Assembly: GCF_002571385.2 (NCBI RefSeq) | Contig: NW_019217876.1 | Span: 1 to 64,000 of the forward strand | Length of the DNA stretch: 64,000 bases | Source: Stylophora pistillata | Taxonomy: Eukaryota | Direction: 5' to 3' | Part shown: one piece after another, positions 46,763-57,906 of the stretch | Numbering within the stretch: position 1 is the stretch's first letter | Layout of the letters: every line of letters begins with the position of its first letter | Made by a program: the position numbers and the translations under genes | Notes under the pieces: generated by a model | The model's input: only the letters and a program-made list of their open reading frames with translations | Database searches by the model: none | Told to the model about the DNA's origin: nothing

Positions 46763-48962
46763 GGTTTCTGAACGAACTTCCTGTAAACAAATCAGGAGCA
46801 TGCATAGACTCTATGGAGGGTTTGAATCACAATGTTTTGCACAATATTGGGACCTCACTACATAACCTAAACAGGGCCTATGAGACCATCTTGTTTTTAC
46901 CAACACTTCTCCGCTACCTAGGTGGATCATGTTTGCGTGATCAATTTTGACAGTTAATGCCAAGATGAGATGAGTGAAATTTCACTTGTGCCTGCTGTTT
47001 CGATTTCCCATTTCTGGTCTGTCTAAAGCTCTCCCTTTGTTACACCAGATACCTACCCGGTCGTCTCCCCTTTTAAGTGATTCTACAAGGATTTTGACTG
47101 GTACTTTGCCGCAGTGTTTTTAAGGACGTGTCAGCTCGTTGCCAAACAAACCTTCTCTTTCATAGTACACACAAATAAAACTGTACTTGAACAGCTTGCT
47201 GCAACAAAAATGCTTTAGGGCAGGTGATAGTGGCTTGGGATCATCGTTCGCTAACGGCAATAGACAAGTTGATATCCTCGGAGATTTCACACCCATGATA
47301 CAAATGCGTCGAATTAATTACCCCGGGAATCAGGAATTTGGGGCATTTCGGAGAGATGTTATCTCTCTAATCAAACACTTTGGGCACAGTATGCACTGCA
47401 CTTGTCGGAGATCATGTCAAGAGAACTTTCAAATGCACAGAAGAATTTTGAAGCTTTTCAATCAAATGTAAACATACTTAGTGTAAGACAAACACGAATA
47501 ACAAATGCCATCAGTTTAGGTTTCCTAGAACCTAAAGCATATGTCAATTATGCGGAGAGAGCAAGAATGCAAGTGTGATTTGAGCGAGAGCTTTTCATTA
47601 TCCTGCAAACAGTGTTCTAAAAAAAGGAGTGGGCATATCGTACCTAATTGGAGCTCCTCACCTTTTAGGAAACAGTTCAATCGCGACAAATCTCAGGATT
47701 TCACTGCATTCCTTTTATAGTTGCGTTCCTTAGCGGAAGTGGTCGAGAGAGACGAAAAGCCTGGACTCTAGTGAATTGTCACGCATTCGTTACCACAGGT
47801 CACCCAATCCGGAGGCAAAGTGAACCTGTGGACAATGGTTGTTAGAGTTATGGAGTAAATTTATTTTTTCTTATCTTATTTCTCAGAACCCTCGAGGTGA
47901 CCAGAGCTGACTAGAAAGATAATTAACGTACTCTTCCACAAGCCAGTGCATGTATTTCAATCATTCAAAATCTCTTCAAATGATAGCAGTGAGGGGGGGG
48001 AGACAGTACATAACAAACTTGAGAGTTTTGAAGGCAGGGTAAACTTGGAATATCTCACAATCATTAAATACTAGCCATGTATAATGCAATCCATGATATT
48101 TGAGCTCTAAAACCAAGGATCTTCTGAATGGAATCAACAGGAAACTCCTTTGCAAGGTCCATGGCAGATTTGCGTGTACTGTGAAACAGTCATTAGACTT
48201 GTCCTTAATTGACATGAGATGCTTATGACAAAACACACTCTTAGGGCCTTGTTGGCAATCCTCTTTTTCGCATCTGACAAGTAATCTTCAAACAACAAAT
48301 ACAAAATACAAGCTCAGGTCTTATGAGAGATCTGTAGACTCTTAATTAGTTGGGGATTGTTTCATAACTGGCTGATATTGGCCTGCTTTACTGAAAATTC
48401 AAAACGGTCAGTACAATATTTCTTGATGCTCTACACAAGGAAACAAATTTAATGACAGAACCATTGGCTACCTCAAACCTTTGCTAGCTTGGTAAGCAAA
48501 ATACAACTGCAGAAAACTTATCGTCACATAGTTCTGTTCAAGACCTGGGGAGATAAGGAAAATCAGGTTTCTCTACCATGATTCCATTTACAAATTTTAC
48601 TCTTTTCTCATATAGAGAACTCTAAGTATTTTAATTTACATGTACATCCAATAATCATTTGCATAGCACATTCTCAGTTTGTTGAAACATTCTCTTTATT
48701 TCACTTTGTACTTTTTTTTCTATACAATTGATAGAATTTACTTAATGGCCATGTAAAAGTTTCACAAGTTCTGATGGACTCACAGAATATCCTGTTGAAG
48801 AGATTAACTCAAATACAAGTAGATCTGCAAATCAAGCATTTACCATGCAAAGTCATTCACGACTGACTACATTGACAATCCTTCTTTACCAAGCCTGTAT
48901 GAAGTTAGGGTCAAGGCCACACCTACGATAAATTCAAGGTGCACACTCATCTGTATTAAATA

Positions 48963-49272
48963 TTATTATATGGCTGTGTCTCACAAGGACTGGGAACTAC
49001 CAAATTCACAAATTTGATTGGCTGAAATCAATATTGAAAGCAGTCTAGATTTTGCCATCTAGACCGGTCTAGAAAAAAAGGTACAACAAATATAAAAAAT
49101 TGGCATGTAAGACACAGCCATATAATAAACATCTTATTAACTGAGCTAGGTCGGTCTGTATGGGAGAATCTTGACCTCGGTCGCCAGTACAGACCTCACT
49201 GCGTTCGGTCTGTACTGGCGACCTCGGTCAAGATTCTCCCATACAGACCTCTCGCTCGGTTAATAAGAACTA
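48963..49272. repeat. Interspersed repeat (same family as 34768-35075), just downstream of EIF2S1
   Basis: Colinear similarity; 49140-49262 is a strong palindrome. Confidence 0.75.
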
Positions 49273-49395
49273 AGTATAGAATCCAGATGCTTTAGTTTCT
49301 GATACTTTGTCAGCGTTCTCTCACAAAATGAAACAATGAGGAAATGACAGACGCAAAATATAAAGCTCAACAGATAATTTAAAGAAATATGAAAA

Positions 49396-52300
49396 CTAAT
49401 GGATCTCTTCTGATATCTCTTCCTCATCAGGATTGTCGTCATCACCATCCACTTCAGCATTTTCTCTTTCTAATCTTTCCATTTGCTTGGCAAGCTCAGC
49501 CTCGTCACTGTCTGTGACAACCTTTGGCTGAAAATATATTGAACAGGAAAGATGTTAGTAACATTCTGATTTTTGTCCTTCAAAGGTAGGAGTGCTTAGG
49601 ACTTCATCTGAGGCATAGCTAAGGCAGGGATTTCAAAGCTGGTTACCTGCTGTCTACTGTTGCCTCTAAGACCTCTTGCTGTCGCCTGTTTTGCCTGTGA
49701 GCTGACAGTCATGTTTGGGTTTTGCTTTAACCCTTGACACCCTCACATCAGTATAGTTAGTGTGCAGAGCATTCTTTGTACACTTCCTAAGGTGCTAACA
49801 AGAAGACTTTGCTTTACAGTCAAGGGCTTTTTCAGATGATGATCATTTCCTTTATTCTCCTAACCTTACTGTGTGATTCAGGGGTGATATTGTAAGGAAA
49901 AATTTTAAGCTAGCTACTCTTAGGGATCTCTTAGGCATAGCCAGTTATTGCACTCCCTGTAGCCAATTATTGGAAAAGTTTATGTAAATCCTAACTAGGG
50001 GCAACCTAAGTTACATGCAATCCCATTGTTGTCATGCAAAAGGTAACATCAATAGACAAATGATTATCGTTACTCAAGATGCTAGTCAGATTGTGACCTG
50101 CCCAAACTCTCAAATGGAAAATCCTGCCTGTTATCTTGTTCTTATTTGGAGTGGCATGTAATGATAATAATAATAATAACAATAATAGTATGTATATTTT
50201 ACTACAAGGGCTTTCCTTAAATGTGATATCAGAACCACAGCAAGGCTGATTATTGTTTATGTTACAAGTTTGAAAAGCAGAAACCTGCTCAATTTTGTAA
50301 ATAATGTAGCATTTGAAAAAAAAATTATTAGATTCAAAATCAAAGAAGCTTCAACTTACAGCAGCTTTTTCAATAAAATCTCCTCCAAATTTTTTGATGG
50401 TGGTTCTAATGGCATCCACAGCATTTGTCAAGGCTTGGAGTCCCTCATCCCGATCCAATGTTGTTGTTGTAATCACATAAAGAGGTGCTGCTATCAAATT
50501 TATCTAAAAATAAGGAGGACAACTTAAAGTGATCAGACTGTATTTTCCCAATTCAACCGTGAGGGTATTGACATTTTGAAAGCTTTTTTTGGTTCACTTT
50601 GCCAATGCCAAACACTACTGAGCATTAGACAGATTTGTTCTAGTTCTTTTTAATATACAGCTATTAAAGCAAACCATCCCAGTCTGGGGTTCCATATTCA
50701 TTCTCAATCAAAGGAAAGAATAGCAAAGTAGAAAACTCGTCCAAAGTTGGTGAAGGTGCTTGATATGTACACAATGCCAAACTAATCCCTAGACAATTCT
50801 TTTACTAATCAGACTGAAAATCTACAGTTTCATCTAACTTCTCCTTAAGTGTTCCTTTTCACATAAGCCTGTTGGCCCTTACTGCCAGAGCTTATCCCAG
50901 TTTCTGTAATAAAGTGCCTGGAGGCACAACCACTATCCTTGGATAGGATACCAATCAACCAGAGGTTAATATAACCCCAGCTCCAACTCCCCTTCACCTT
51001 CCCTCTCCTCCCCCTTCCCTCTCCTCTCCCCCCCCCCAACAAGAATTTCATCAGGTTTCTCAGACAGCTCACTGATGCAACTGATACAAATTAATACTCC
51101 TGGGGGAAGAGAGGCATTGTAAGAGTTAAGTGTCCTGTCCAAGAACACAACACAATGACCCAGCTAAGTCTCAATCCTGAACCTCTTTATACTGTATGTC
51201 AGGCTCTGATAAGGGGCTAATGCTTGAAAAAATCAGATTAGTTTTAGATACTTGGAAAAGTGGTCAATTTACATCATCAGCTCATCTGATTAACCCAAAT
51301 TTTCTTTGTCAAGAAAATAGTGTGCTAACTGTAAAGCCGCCATTCTCCTACAAACATACACCAACCTTGATAGGAACATCTTCTGATGTACACTTCAGTC
51401 CTTCTAACAAGGAATTTTTCACAGCATCAATGCCTTCGTAGGCATAACATGACACTTCAATATCAGCACGGATCTTGACAGCTTGGGGAGTAAGCCTTCT
51501 CGTTATGTTAGAGAGTAAGGTGGATTTCGTCTTTTCATCAAGATCCAATTCATCTAGCAATGATGGATCCCTAAAATAGGATAAAAGTACTTCAGTCTTA
51601 GGGCAAAGGTACACCCCACATGTAATATTCTTCCAGTTGGACCCAGGTTCTGGCCTGAGTCAATTCACGATGCTGTATTCATTGTAATGCCATTAGCAAT
51701 ATAATTGTCTGCAAAAAATTCTCTGAAGTTTAAATTCATTAGTCATCATCAGAGCTAGATACAAGTTTTGTTTGCAAAAAATGATCTCTTGCTCACTTAA
51801 CTGATAGGGCAACCAGAGAGATTTGTTTTCTAGAAAAAGAGATCAGAATCAAAGCCAGCTGGAAAATTCTAAGGTTCTAAATACAGCATTACCCCCCAAA
51901 AAAGTGTGTGAACTATTGGTACAGTAAAAACCATTCTTGATCAGGTTATGTTATATTTTGTGGAGTGTTCACCCTTAGGTTTCTTCTCAATATTTTGTGG
52001 GGTATCTTTGGTGAATGTACCATCTATGAGACTCGGCAGCCATCAACTCCTATTCAAAATTTTCTCACCCAACAGCTAATTTGAACATCTCATATGAACT
52101 CCCTGGTGATTTGCACTTCTCATCAAAATACCAAGCTGTCTTCTCATACAGCTCCTCTAATTCGCGGTCTGTCTCATATCCTAAGATCTCTGCACAGTGC
52201 CTCAGAATACTGTACACCTGAAGCAACAAAATAAATGGAGGAAAAATGAGGTGAAGATTGATTTCATAAACTCTAAAAACAGATTAATGTTTCATAATGA

Positions 52301-53619
52301 CAGTTATCTGTTAATTATCAGTTATCTGTTCAACTAACTCAACTCAGTAGAAGAGTCTTCAAAACTAGTATCTGTGAGACTTACAGCTTTTGCTTTAGTA
52401 AACTTTTCCTCACATTTCTTGATTTCTTCTGGAGACACTCTCCTCTTGGATAGGTCAATATATCCTGTCAAAATATTGGACATCAGTTAAAATTGTGGTA
52501 TTACTGCCTTCTTTGCAATTTGAATGTCTGTGGGAAATGACTACTCTGTAGTAAATATTAAAAGCTGTTGTTTACTGCGGTTTTATGTACCAAGGAAACA
52601 AAATTTCAATTAGTGATAACAATATGAATGTCTAATATTCAAAAGGATTTGCTTCATGCCACAAAAAAAATATGTAACAAATAGTCAAACAAAAAATAAA
52701 TACAAACAACAAGTAAACATATTCAGCAGTACTACACAACAAAACATCTGATAAGAGATTTATCCAACACATCAAATTGTTATTTCAGAGTGGGCAAATT
52801 CCATGGATATTTCTGGAGCACAAATATCACATGATATTTGTACTTGTCTCATGCATTATTTGTACTTTACGAAGCCCATCTGGCTAATAATACTAGTTAT
52901 TACAATAGAATTATAAAAAGACGAGTTCTTTTTTAGGTTAATGACTAATGAATTTCACGCCAATATGCATGCACTAGAAACCAAGACAACATTAACACTT
53001 CTTGTTAATTAGCAGGAAAAATAGAACCTCCAATTTGCAGGATGGTCATGTTCACTTCAGCAAACAAGGTTTAGGCAAGATTGCCATATAACCCCATACA
53101 TTAATTATGCATAGAGTGTTGCAGAGAAACCTTTATATTTAGTCTTTATGAAATGGAATGTATAATTAATGTCTGGGGTTATGTGGAAATCTTTCCAAGG
53201 TTTATACTGAAATAATAAAATAACTACAACAATCAGGGCCGATGATGTTTTCACTATCTAATAAAGGTTACAAATTTCTGGTGGATGTCCCAAGTGCGCA
53301 TGCACTGTAGGTGGCTAATCGAAAAAATTTAATATTTTTCTCTAATTGAGAAATTTACGTTTAAAAAGAACACCAACAAACCTTTGTCCTTATCTACGCG
53401 AATAACTACCACACACTCATGTCTTCCAACCCTGATCAGTTTGTTAATCGAGCGAATTCTTCTCCTTGACAATTCGCTCAAAAGGATCATTCCTTCGATG
53501 TTGTTATATTCAAGCAAATTCACATACGCTCCCATTTCAGCGATGCTTCGAACGTTCACCATCACGACATCGTCGATTTCTGGGTACTTGTGTTTGTAAA
53601 ATCTACAACTGATCGGCAT
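49396..53619 (-). CDS. EIF2S1: Eukaryotic translation initiation factor 2 subunit alpha, 315 aa
   Basis: Exons 53382-53619, 52385-52464, 52069-52217, 51366-51570, 50360-50503 and 49396-49527 (948 nt). Motifs include the S1 domain '[14 protein letters not shown]' with the regulatory Ser, '[11 protein letters not shown]' and '[16 protein letters not shown]'. Confidence 0.97.
50870..51185 (-). mobile_element. Degenerate SINE with a CORE/MIR-like central motif
   Basis: The minus strand reads TTGTGTTGTGTTCTTGGACAGGACACTTAACTCTTACAATGCCTCTCT, resembling the CORE-SINE domain. Confidence 0.45.
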
Positions 53620-53779
53620 TTTGACGAAGAAGGAAACTTTCAAGAGGCAAAAACAGTCTTTCGCAAATCCACCATGTGTAAAACTGATGCAATAGAGTAA
53701 CCGCTGAGTTTTGATCGCTACGATCGTTGGCTCAGTTATTGCATTTTTTTGAGTATGTCATGTATGAATATTATTCTGT

Positions 53780-53782
<3 letters not shown>

Positions 53783-53812
<30 letters not shown>
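53783..53812. repeat. (GT)15 microsatellite upstream of EIF2S1
   Basis: Direct reading. Confidence 0.95.
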
Positions 53813-53814
<2 letters not shown>

Positions 53815-54201
53815 TCATCTATATTGTTTTCGTCGATCTTCGGAATTTTTGGCTTCGGGGTCTGGGTGGAAGAGGGCAGGGGAAAATGACATGGCTAATT
53901 TATAGGTGCCCAAGATACTTAAAAAGTTTTCCCAAATTGTGCGTTTGTGCAGGCCTTTAAATATGTCAACTGGTGAAATTGCGGCGGAGTGACTCACTTG
54001 CCAAGTGCAAGTACACTGTGTCGGTCAAAGTGGAGCAAGATGTCAATGCAGGGCTTGTAGAGTGACAAAACAGGGACATTTGGAGATATTTTATTAAGAC
54101 TGTGTCTGTGAAACAAATAATCCAACCTCCCGCTTGTTAGAGCCATGATGAAGGAATTACTTTGAGTCTTCGAATGAAGTGAAATTCAAAGAAACTTACG
54201 C
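53813..54201 (+). repeat. Left arm of a long inverted repeat
   Basis: Reverse complement of 57544-57906; the core 54030-54144 matches 57601-57715 at 114/115 nt. Confidence 0.9.
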
Positions 54202-54415
54202 TACAATGTTAATCTTAGATACAATCAACCTTGATCATGCCACAAAATGCTCCCTGACACTTAAAAAGAGTTTGTAAATAACTATTGGCCTAAATAACTT
54301 GTAATAATCTATATAATTCGGCATCTTAGGTTTATTGTTAACGGAACACGGGAAAAGGATTATTTATTTATTTATTTTAATGTTTATATTGTGTTAATAT
54401 ATATATTTGTGTGTG

Positions 54416-54609
54416 ATTTATCATCACAGGTTTATTACGAATCAACTTAACGGCCTGTTCCCAGTTGGCTTGTTAGCTCAACTGGTAGAGCGCTGCACTA
54501 GTATCGCAGAGGTCAGTGGTTCGAATCCCGTACAGGCCTGATTTTTTTCAGGTCTGATTTTCGCTGTTCCATAAATAGCGCTCTCTACTGCGAGGATCGT
54601 GCATCATAC
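54416..54609 (+). mobile_element. tRNA-derived repeat (tRNA-like cloverleaf at about 54467-54539)
   Basis: Acceptor stem GGCTTGT/ACAGGCC and D stem GCTC/GAGC are intact, the T stem is broken, and a T-run follows. ATATTTGTGTGTG direct repeats flank it at 54403-54415 and 54610-54622. Confidence 0.6.
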
Positions 54610-55229
54610 ATATTTGTGTGTGTATCTTAATATTTTAGATGCACAGCTTCATTGTAAATAAGTGATTTTGCTTTATGGATTCTGTGCCCAATAAAGTATC
54701 TATCTATCTATCTATCTATCTATCCATCTATCATGAAACTGTAACACTCATATCTGATCTTTTTATTAATTTATTGTCTTTTTGTATTATGTATATTTAT
54801 ACATTCCTCAGTGTCGGTGGCTTGTGGCGGATATTTGACTCGCCGTTACTTGGCTCGGTAAAAATCCGCAACCAACCACCTCCACTTCGGAAAACAGTTA
54901 TTGATTAAAATAAGAGTATTATACAAAACATTCTTTAAATCTGCCTTTCACGATAGATGATAGTGACTTCTTATCAATGCTATTTTCCACAATGCCTAAA
55001 GGATAGGAACCTTAATCAGTTTGTGACTGTGACTATCAGCACTAGCGACAGGATAATTATTCCTGTGGTTTGTATGTATGTATGCTTTAAACGAAATGTA
55101 TAATTAAATGTATAATGTATGCTTTAAATTAAAACTATATTCTTCTTCATGTTTCTCGGTTTTCGATGGAATAAACCAGTAAAAACAATTGCGGTTGTGA
55201 ACGTAATTTGTCACTCACGATATTAAAAG

Positions 55230-55390
55230 GTAATCAAATGGTTTTCTTGTGAAATTAGGAAATAATTTCACTTGCGTTTTTTCAAAATTCTGATTATTTC
55301 CCTCGCCTAAAGGCTCGGGAAACTATCCGAATTTTAACAAAACGAGCGTGAAATTATTTCCTAATTTCACTCGTCGCCATTTGATTACAC
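55230..55390. repeat. Palindromic MITE-like repeat
   Basis: GTAATCAAATGG...GTGAAATTAGGAAATAATTTCAC arms are mirrored around 55310. Confidence 0.65.
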
Positions 55391-55637
55391 ATACTAATCT
55401 ATGGAACCTGTGTTAAGCGACAGGATAATTATTCCTGTGGTTGATAATTTGCCTCATTACATCATCTTCTGCGGTTCATGGATAATTCATAAGTAACTAA
55501 AAATGCTGGTTAACTTAAACCTAATGTCGGAAGATTTCGACTCATAGAAAAGATTTTCTATAAAAGAAAAGACTTTCCATAAAACACAATTTTGACCTCC
55601 TCATTCAACTACCTCACGAAACCCGTGATTCAAATCG

Positions 55638-55670
<33 letters not shown>

Positions 55671-55767
55671 AAGACAAATCTTACCAAATCTTAAATTTTT
55701 TAGCTCCCTTTTAATTTTAAGTTGACGCTTACTCTTACCATATTTGTAGATTATGGTATATTGGCTA

Positions 55768-55805
<38 letters not shown>

Positions 55806-55834
55806 GGCATTATCCAATGATCCAGTTTTTAATA
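55638..55834. repeat. Partial copy of the 6037-6340 repeat, directly downstream of the GPCR stop
   Basis: Colinear with 34476-34760. Confidence 0.75.
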
Positions 55835-55851
55835 ATGAAGAATAGACTGAC

Positions 55852-56943
55852 TTAAAGTTTCGTTTCAGTTCGCTGTATTTTTGGAAGAACCTTGTCAAGA
55901 TTTGTTCTTCCTCTCGCCCTGACCAGACCCCCCCCACTGGACTCCCCATGGGCTGAATTTGACCTTCCTGAAGGTTTACCCTCTGATGTATTCAGAGCAG
56001 CATGTACTTGTTTGAAAGCCATCCTAAACTGTGGATTGAACGCACCGTAGATTATCGGATTACAAAAACTGCTTGAAAACATCATGTAATAAACAATAAT
56101 ATAAACGAAACGGGGGGCTGTATAGCCTAACAATTCACAAAAACCAACAACACAAACTGGTGTCCAGCACAAAGTGTACAAACAAACTACAGCCACGAAT
56201 ACTTTGATTATCTTATTTTCTTTTTCCGTTGTTGCTTTCCTTTGTTGATAGTCTTGATCACCTAAATTGTTGTGAGTTTGAAGCTGGCGGGATCTTTGTC
56301 TTACAAATCTGAATATGGTGGAATAGCAGTAGATTATGATGATCATTGTTATAAAAATTGCTACCGTCAGTAAAAATATAATGTAGGAGATATCCTTCAA
56401 GTGCCATCCCATGGTGCAATCGGTGAATTTGTCACAAAATTCTATAGTTCCCCAGCCATACAGAGGCGGACTACATGCAAGGAGAGGAAAAACCCACGAG
56501 GAAACAATAATCCCATACGTTGTTTTACGGTCTGAAAAATACTTTACATACAAATTTCTTTTCACGATGCTGAAATATCGATTAACTGCAATTCCTGCCA
56601 TCGTTTGAAGCGATGCTGTGCCAAAGACTAGCTCGAAAAAGCCAACAAATTTGCAAGCCACCGGACCTAATAACCTATAACCACTGCGCATGCTAGCTAT
56701 CCAAAATGGCAGGTGCAGCGTTGCCATGGAAATGTCTGTCCACGCAAGATTCTCGACCAGCATATTAGTGATAGTGTTGAGACGAGGAGTTTTATGAATG
56801 GCGACCACAACTACGAAGTTGCCAACAATGCAGGCGATGCATATTAAAACTGCAATGGTTACTTCGATGCCAACTTGCAATGGTGTTCGCCCGAGAGGAT
56901 CGTCCTCCAATTCTTGGGTATTACTTGTGTTCTTCCCTTCCAT
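55852..56943 (-). CDS. Class A (rhodopsin-like) GPCR, melatonin-receptor-like NRY type, single coding exon, 363 aa
   Basis: Seven hydrophobic segments with GN (TM1), NLAWTD (TM2), C...IAVNRY (TM3), W (TM4), CWTP (TM6) and NPIIY (TM7). The N-terminus has an N-glycosylation site NTS. First ATG at 56941-56943. Confidence 0.92.
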   Translation of the reverse strand: MEGKNTSNTQELEDDPLGRTPLQVGIEVTIAVLICIACIVGNFVVVVAIHKTPRLNTITNMLVENLAWTDISMATLHLPFWIASMRSGYRLLGPVACKFVGFFELVFGTASLQTMAGIAVNRYFSIVKRNLYVKYFSDRKTTYGIIVSSWVFPLLACSPPLYGWGTIEFCDKFTDCTMGWHLKDISYIIFLLTVAIFITMIIIIYCYSTIFRFVRQRSRQLQTHNNLGDQDYQQRKATTEKENKIIKVFVAVVCLYTLCWTPVCVVGFCELLGYTAPRFVYIIVYYMMFSSSFCNPIIYGAFNPQFRMAFKQVHAALNTSEGKPSGRSNSAHGESSGGGLVRARGRTNLDKVLPKIQRTETKL

Positions 56944-57543
56944 TCTTTTGCGTCGAAACCTCACCAGTTATCTTAGTTAAAATCAAATAATGTTCCAGGA
57001 TGCAAATATAAAGACTTGCATTTTTATGCCGACCATCTTTTGATTTAGAGAATGCGTATTAATTGTTACAACCTGTGTAACTTGCGTTTAAGTACACCAA
57101 GCTTTATATGATTCCCTTCCACATACAGGGACAGATAATGGCCGAAATACTGCGAGCTTAAAACTGGTCTTTAGAATAAAAATTGTTTTCCTGGAGAAAT
57201 AACAGCTGAACCCACTAATTGACAGCAGGCAACGACCTCAACGTGAGTAAATAAAGGACATTTTGTTCGGATTGAAAAATTTAGCTGTGTAAACACCTTA
57301 CCGTTAGCTTTCCAGTGGGACGGATGTCTCCTTGTCGGCAGTCGTTTATTATGCAAAACGATTCCATCAGAAATGAGGTTTTAGCATCAGTGTCAGTTAT
57401 GATAAACCAAAGATTTGGACAGTGCTTTGACTAAACGATATCAATAAAGAAATTTTTAAACGGACAAAACAATCCAGATATTAAAAAGGAAAAACATACG
57501 TAATATACAATTAAATGAATTGATAAGAAGATCAAATATGACT

Positions 57544-57906
57544 GCATTAGTTTCTTTGTGGCTCACTTCCCTCGGAAGCTCAAAGCAATTTCTTCATCGC
57601 GGCTCTAACAAGCGGAAGGTTGGATTATTTGTTTCACAGACACAGTCTTAATAAAATATCTCCAAATGTCCCTGTTTTGTCACTCTACAAGCCCTGCATT
57701 GACATCTTGCTCCACAGTGTGCCGCAGTTTTGCCTGTTGGCATATTTAAAGGCCTGAACAAATGTACAATTTGGGAAAAACGATTTTAATTTCACGAGCA
57801 CTCGTAAACTAGGCATGTCATTCCTTTTCTTCTTTCCCCCTGCCCCCTCCCACATAGAACCCGAAGCCATAACTTCCGAAGATCGACGAAAACGATATCG
57901 ATTATC
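57544..57906 (-). repeat. Right arm of the long inverted repeat; possibly the GPCR promoter and first non-coding exon
   Basis: Reverse complement of 53813-54201. On the minus strand it has a TATA-like TTTAAATA (about 57743-57750) and a donor-like GAA|GTGAG (about 57566). Confidence 0.85.

Noticed and set aside
45773-46950. Long ORFs of 330-380 aa in the ORF track
   Set aside because: They are translations of an N-gap.
54467-54539. Functional tRNA-Thr(AGT) gene
   Set aside because: The T stem has two mismatches, the anticodon loop is atypical, and the sequence is embedded in a repeat.
55852-56943. Opsin
   Set aside because: There is no Lys at the TM7 retinal-binding position (Phe instead).
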